Shown one piece after another: positions 58,150 through 64,000 of a DNA stretch of 64,000 bases. The DNA lies in assembly GCA_951406725.2 (NCBI GenBank), contig OX597815.1, forward strand, positions 193,626,001 through 193,690,000, given 5' to 3'. Source of the DNA: Octopus vulgaris (lineage: Eukaryota). Numbering within the stretch: position 1 is the stretch's first letter; the number at the start of each line of letters is the position of its first letter. The notes beneath the pieces were generated by a model. That model did no database searches and was not told the DNA's origin. It saw only the letters and a program-made list of their open reading frames with translations. Position numbers and translations under genes: made by a program.

Positions 58150-59135
58150 TTGTTGTACTTGTTTCAGTAATTTTACTGGCAATGCTGGAGCACCGCTTTT
58201 AGTCTAGCAAATCGACGCCAGGACTTATTCTTTGTATTTATTCTATCGGTCTCTTTTGCCGAACTGCAAGATAACGGGGACGTAAACACACCAACATCGG
58301 TTGTCAAGCGATGGTGGGGGAACAAACACGGACACAAACACATACATATATGTATATACGACGGGCTAAATCCACACATAAGGCTTTGGTCGGCCCGAGG
58401 CTAAGGCAGAAAAGGCAGAGGCTAAGGCAGAATCGTTAGCACGCCGGGTAAAATGCTTAGCGGTATTTCGTCTGCATTTACGTTCTGAGTTCAAATTCCA
58501 CCGTGGTCGACTTTCCCTTTCCTCCTTTCGGTGTCGATAAATTAAGTACCAGTTGCGTACTGGGGTCGATCTAATCGATTGCTCCCACTCCCCCAAAATT
58601 TTCGGGCCTTGTGCTTAGAGTAGAAAAATATATCAGTGTGTCCGTCCCTCACCACCACTTGACAACAGGTGTGTTGGTGTGTTTATACCTCCCGAAACTT
58701 AGCGGTTTGACTAAAGAGATCGATAGAATAAGTACCAGGCTAAAAAATGAATAAATAAAACTACTGTGGTCGATTTATTCGTCTAAAATTCTTCAAGGCG
58801 TTGCCCCAACACGGCCGCAGTCCAATTACTGAAACGAGTAAAAGAATATATGTATATATAGGCGCAGAAGTGGTTGTGTGGTAAGTAGCTTGCTTACCAA
58901 CCACATGGTTCAGGGTTCAGTCCCACTGCATGGCACCTTGGGCAAGTGTCTTCTACTATAGCCTTGGGTCGACCAAACAGTTGTGAGTGGATTTGGTAGA
59001 TGGAAACTGAAAGAAGCCCGTCGTAAATGTGTATGTATATGTGTATATCTGTGTATATGTTTGTATATCTGTGTTTGTCCCCCCAGCATCGCTTGACAAC
59101 CGATGCTGGTGTGTTTACGTCCCCGTAACTTAGCG
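58150..59135. mobile_element. Cluster of SINE-A (-58150-58405, +58630-58850, +58860-59135) and SINE-B (+58425-58630) pieces
   Basis: Family motifs as described above. Confidence 0.75.
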
Positions 59136-59547
59136 TGTGAGTGCATGTGCGTGTGTACATGTGTGTGTATGTATGTGCGTGTGCATTTTGTGTGTGTGTG
59201 TGCATGTTTATGTGTGTGTGTGTGTGCATGTGTGTGTGTGCGTTTGTATGTGTATGTGCGTGTAGTTGTGTGCGCGTGTATGTGTACGTATATGTTGTTG
59301 TGTGTGTGTGTATGCGGATGTGTATACGTATATTCATGTGGTTGTGAGTGTTAGGTATGTGTGCCTTCGTGTGCGTGTGTGTGCATGAGCGTCTATATGT
59401 GTATGCGTATATGTATGTGTGTGTAGGCGTGGCTGTGTGGTACGAATGGTTCCGGTGTCAGTCCCACTGTGCTGTCAGCTGGTGGTGGGGTTTAAACACA
59501 AACACACACACGCGTACGCACACTCACAGTCTCTTCCTCTCGCTCTC

Positions 59548-59597
<50 letters not shown>

Positions 59598-59726
59598 ACT
59601 CACACATACACACACACACGCACATACTACACACACACATGCACACTCGTCCGGCTTCATTCGGTGTCTGTCAACTAAATCTACTCACAACTCTTCGGAC
59701 AGCCCGACGCTATAGAAGCTGTATAA

Positions 59727-59864
<138 letters not shown>

Positions 59865-60129
59865 CTTTATGTCTGTGTTTGTCCTCCATCACCGCTTGAA
59901 AGCTGGTGTTGACGTGTCTTAGCGGTTCGGCAAAAAATAACCGATAGAATAAGAATCAGGTTTTTAAAAAAAACATGTCCTGTGGTCAATTCATTTGATT
60001 AAAACCCTTCAAGGCGGTGCCCTAACATGGCTGCAGTCAAATGACTGAAACAGGTAAAAGGAATGCTATACATGTATTCATACATGTATAGAAGTCATTT
60101 TGCACGCCAGGTCAAGCACTCCGATCCTG

Positions 60130-60325
60130 TCGGCTCCTTAGATGTAGCGATGGGGGCCTACGACAACGTTGATGTATGCGACCTCATCGGGTTGTATATC
60201 CTTGATACTCTTAAGGAAAAGTTCCCTTGCGTCCCCTTCGGCCTCTACAGAGATGACGGCCTGGCCATCTCTAGAGGAGGTAGCGGCCATACACTTGACA
60301 GGATTAGGAAAGATCTAATTAGCAC
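60130..60325 (+). mobile_element. Penelope-like RT fragment of a different lineage (YRDD type)
   Basis: DVAMGAYD..VCDLIGLYIL..FGLYRDDGLAI. Confidence 0.75.
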
Positions 60326-60409
60326 ACATGCCTCCATGCGTCGGGCAGTCTAGAGCCTTGTGAGTGGATTTGGTTGACAGACACTGAATGAAGCCGGACG
60401 TGTGTGTGT

Positions 60410-60451
<42 letters not shown>

Positions 60452-60855
60452 GACAGAGACAGAGAGAGAGAAAGACAGAGAAAGAAAGTGAGAGTGTGCG
60501 CACGCGTGTGTGTGTTTGTGTTTGTACATGTGTGTGTGTGTGTGTGTGCGTGTGTGTGTGTGTGTGCATGACGCAGTATTTTGCTGTCATGAAACACGAA
60601 TGTCTGAAAAGATATAAATATCTTATATATCGTGGCGACATGGAAATCACATGATATAGAAATTCCGACACGCCCATGACATATGAATATCGTCAATTAT
60701 GTACAATACTTTTGTGTACTATGCAGTCATGGTAGAGCTCCGCTGAAGGCTATATGCGCAGTAGTCGACGTTCTAACAAAACATCCCGATTAAGCAGAAT
60801 ATAAAGATTGCCTTATATAAACGTTTGTATGTGTGTGTGTATGTGTTTATATATT

Positions 60856-61107
60856 ACTCTTTACTCTTTTACTCTTTTACTCTTTTTACTCTTTTACTTG
60901 TTTCAGTCATTTGACTGCGGCCATGCTGGAGCACCGCCTTTAATCGAGCAACTCGACCCCGGGACTTATTCTTTTGTAAGCCCAGTACTTATTCTATCGG
61001 TCTCTTTTTGCCGAACCGCTAAGTGACGGGGACATAAACACACCAGCATCGGTTGTCAAGCAATGCTAGGGGGACAAACACAGACACACAAACACATACA
61101 CACACAT

Positions 61108-61178
<71 letters not shown>

Positions 61179-61353
61179 CATACATATATACGACGGGCTT
61201 CTTTCAGTTTCCGTCTACCAAATCCACTCACAAGGCATTGGTCGGCCCGGGGCTATTGCAGAAGACACTTGCCCAAAATGCCACGCAGTGGGACTGAACC
61301 TGGAACCATGTGGTTGGCTAGCAAGCTACTTACCACACAGCCACTCCTGCGCC
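60856..61353 (-). mobile_element. SINE family A, full length
   Basis: Complete head-to-tail copy with an (AGTAAAAG)n tail. Confidence 0.9.
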
Positions 61354-61595
61354 TATATATGTATATATAATTCCAAAACTCACAGGGAAAAATTAAATTT
61401 AACAATTTTAAATCAAATTTCACAATATATAATATATGTATATAATTTAGAGAAAAACCTACTATTTACTATTTATTGTACTTTATTGATTTTCAGAATA
61501 AGGTTTTTATAGTATATGTTTTCTATATGGTGTGACTAACATCTTTCATTATTGAATTGTTTAATAGAGGTTTAATAAAGGTTTTATATAAATGT

Positions 61596-61655
<60 letters not shown>

Positions 61656-61657
<2 letters not shown>

Positions 61658-61835
61658 CTGCGAGACTTTCCTATCGTCTGCATAGCTGGCCAGAGTGGCT
61701 ATCCGGGCATTTGAGGGCATATCTGAGAGGGCCACTATAAAAAGCAGTGGTCCCAAGACAGTGCCCTGTGGAACACCGCTCACCATTTGTGTGTTCATAG
61801 AGGTGGCTCCATTAACCACTACTTCGGTGCCTTCC
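61656..61835 (-). mobile_element. CR1/L2-group RT fragment
   Basis: SGVPQGTVLGPLLFIVALSDMP..YADD. Confidence 0.85.
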
Positions 61836-62085
61836 AATATATGATTGATTGATTGGTTCTAGTTTCAGCTCACGAGCTATGACCATGCTGGGGCACCGCC
61901 ATTTATATATATATATATATTTTAAAGTCTATTTGCTAACACAATGTGGCAGTCCTACACAGGGCGGTATTACTACTTTTTAGCCCCAGGAAAACATCTT
62001 TTCCAGCTGGCAACCGACAAATGATCGGTGTCCGTATATTTTGAGCAAGGGAGTTTATTGCTCACTTTCTAGCCTTAGCGATACT

Positions 62086-62127
62086 TGTAGACCAATGGTT
62101 TCTGGGTTATTTTCCTTCTTCAGTACA
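62086..62127 (-). ncRNA. Type I hammerhead ribozyme motif (stem II decayed)
   Basis: TGTA CTGAAGA AGGAAAATAACCCA GAAA CCA T TGGT C TACA. Confidence 0.65.
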
Positions 62128-62248
62128 GGACAATCGCCGGCTAGAGGTGGCAGCCACTTGATATTGCTCATAGTATATACTTTTAAAGCGACACACAGTC
62201 GCTGATCCCGTAAAGAGAAAAGCAACTAGCTTTAAATCTCTGAGCGAG

Positions 62249-62311
<63 letters not shown>

Positions 62312-62312
<1 letters not shown>

Positions 62313-62558
62313 TTTGATACTTTGATACTTTGATAGGTTTCGGCCATTATTGGCCCAGGCCATGTCTAACTTAATAGCACCACCTGGTGAAGTCTTTCAA
62401 GTCAGAATTTGGGCACTATGGCCCACTCAAGTAGAGAGTTATTGTTTACAGAGACTCATCCGGGTGTAGGGGGTTTATCCGGGATTTCTTGAAGTAATCT
62501 GTCCAAATACTTTTTGAACCCTATAGGGTCAGTTTCTGTTTTAATGTGTTTTGGTGTG
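62312..62558 (-). mobile_element. Short 3'-end copy of the LINE at 63021-64000
   Basis: Near-identical to 63021-63258; (ATCAAAGT)n tail. Confidence 0.9.
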
Positions 62559-62629
62559 TATATATATATATACATACATACATGTGTATATATATATATA
62601 TATATACATACATACATACATATATATAT

Positions 62630-62691
<62 letters not shown>

Positions 62692-62693
<2 letters not shown>

Positions 62694-62960
62694 CGTGTTG
62701 TGTTCTTGAGCAAAGCACTTTATTTCACGTTGCTCCAGTTCACTCAGCTGTAGAAATGAGTTGCGACGTCACTGGTGCCAAGCTGTATCGACCTTTGTCT
62801 TTCCCTTGGATAACACTGGTGGCGTGGAGAGGGGAGGCCGGTATGCATGGGCGATGCTGGTCTTCCATAAAAACAACCTTGCCAAGACTTGTGCCTCAGA
62901 GGGTAACTCTCTAGGTGCAAACCCATGGTCACTCATGACCGAAGGGGGTCTTTACCCCTT
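62692..62960 (+). mobile_element. 5'-truncated SINE of another family (CORE-like domain)
   Basis: GTGTTCTTGAGCAAAGCACTT..CTCAGCTGTAGAAATGAG resembles the CORE domain; TA-flanked. Confidence 0.55.
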
Positions 62961-63020
62961 TATATATATATATATATATATATACATACATACATACATA
63001 TATATATATATACATATATA

Positions 63021-64000
63021 CTTTGATACTTTGATAGGTTTCGGCCATTATTGGCCCAGGCCATGTCTAACTTAATAGCACCACCTGGTGAAGTCTTTCA
63101 AGTCAGAATTTGGGCACTATGGCCCACTCAAGTAGAGAGTTATTGTTTACAGAGACATATCCGGGTGTAGGGGGTTTATCCGGGATTTCTTGAAGGAATC
63201 TGTCCAAAGACTTCTTGAACCCTATAGGGTCAGTTTCTGTTTTAATGTGTTTTGGTGTAATGTTAAAGAGAGCGGGGCCAATTGAGGTGAAATAATTGTG
63301 CCGTATTGTTGTTATGAGATGAGAGTGCGATTTTTGTTTTGGGCGGATGGCACGGGGCCCAAGCCTTGGATGTACCTTAAAGGTGATGCCAACATCATTT
63401 GGGCAATGCTGATGGAATATTTTCCACATCATGCAGATGATGTAGCGCTCACGACGACGTTGGAGAGAATAGAGTTTTAGCTTTTCTAGCCGACCCCAAT
63501 AGTCGAGGCCTGTCATGCCATCTATCTTTTTTGTGATTGCCCTTTGAGGTGCTTCAACTTTTATGATACCTTGTATTGTGTGGGGAGACCACAGTGGACA
63601 ACAGTATTCAAGGTGGGGTCGGGCAAAAGTGGAGAAGAGAAGGATAATAGTGTGGATATCTCTCGACTGGAAAGTTCTGAGAATCCAGGAACACATTCTG
63701 CGGGCCATGTCAACTTTGGTGTTTATATGAGTGGCCCAGCTTACGTTGTTGTCCACAATTACTCCCAAGTCTCTGATGTTGTTGGACGCCGCGAGAGTTT
63801 CACCTGAAGGAAGGGAGTATGGGAGTTTCAGGGCATCCTCTTTTCCAAAGTGGATTAGCTCAAATTTATCCTTGTTCAGCAGCATATTGTTTTTTTCTGC
63901 CCATTGGATAACAGCCAGTAGATCTGACTGAAGGCATGTCCGGTCACTCGCCTCATTTATGACCTTCTGTAGCTTGGAGTCATCTGCAAAGATTTTTATG
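63021..64000 (-). mobile_element. Young CR1/L2-group LINE, ORF2 C-terminus (open frame, continues beyond the window)
   Basis: FADDSKL near 63970-63990, IRDLGVIVD, RPHLEYCCPLWSP, LYSLQRRRERY; stop at 63103; (ATCAAAGT)n tail. Confidence 0.9.

Overview
AT-rich, microsatellite-saturated eukaryotic DNA with no recognisable host exon, rRNA, true tRNA or CRISPR array. The SINE/LINE repertoire resembles a cephalopod (Octopus-like) genome; this is inferred from recall and not verified. The window is almost entirely nested mobile DNA. It holds several tRNA-derived SINE families; CR1/L2-group, Tx1/L1, CRE-like and Dong/R4 non-LTR remnants; Helitron, mariner/Tc1 and hAT remnants; a MITE; and a young 5'-truncated Penelope-like element (RT + GIY-YIG, Naiad-like) with an inverted terminal copy. 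Three patterns stand out. (1) A Tx1-like retrotransposon lineage has inserted twice, head-to-tail, at the same position in a SINE tRNA head, with a 16-bp target repeat. (2) Many short islands between (TA)n tracts look like 3' ends of Penelope-like elements, often as asymmetric fold-back hairpins. (3) These islands carry about eight hammerhead-ribozyme folds, one with a compensatory G3-C8 core swap. Nearly all long ORFs in the supplied track are microsatellite artefacts. Boundaries were read by eye and are approximate unless a TSD or motif is quoted.
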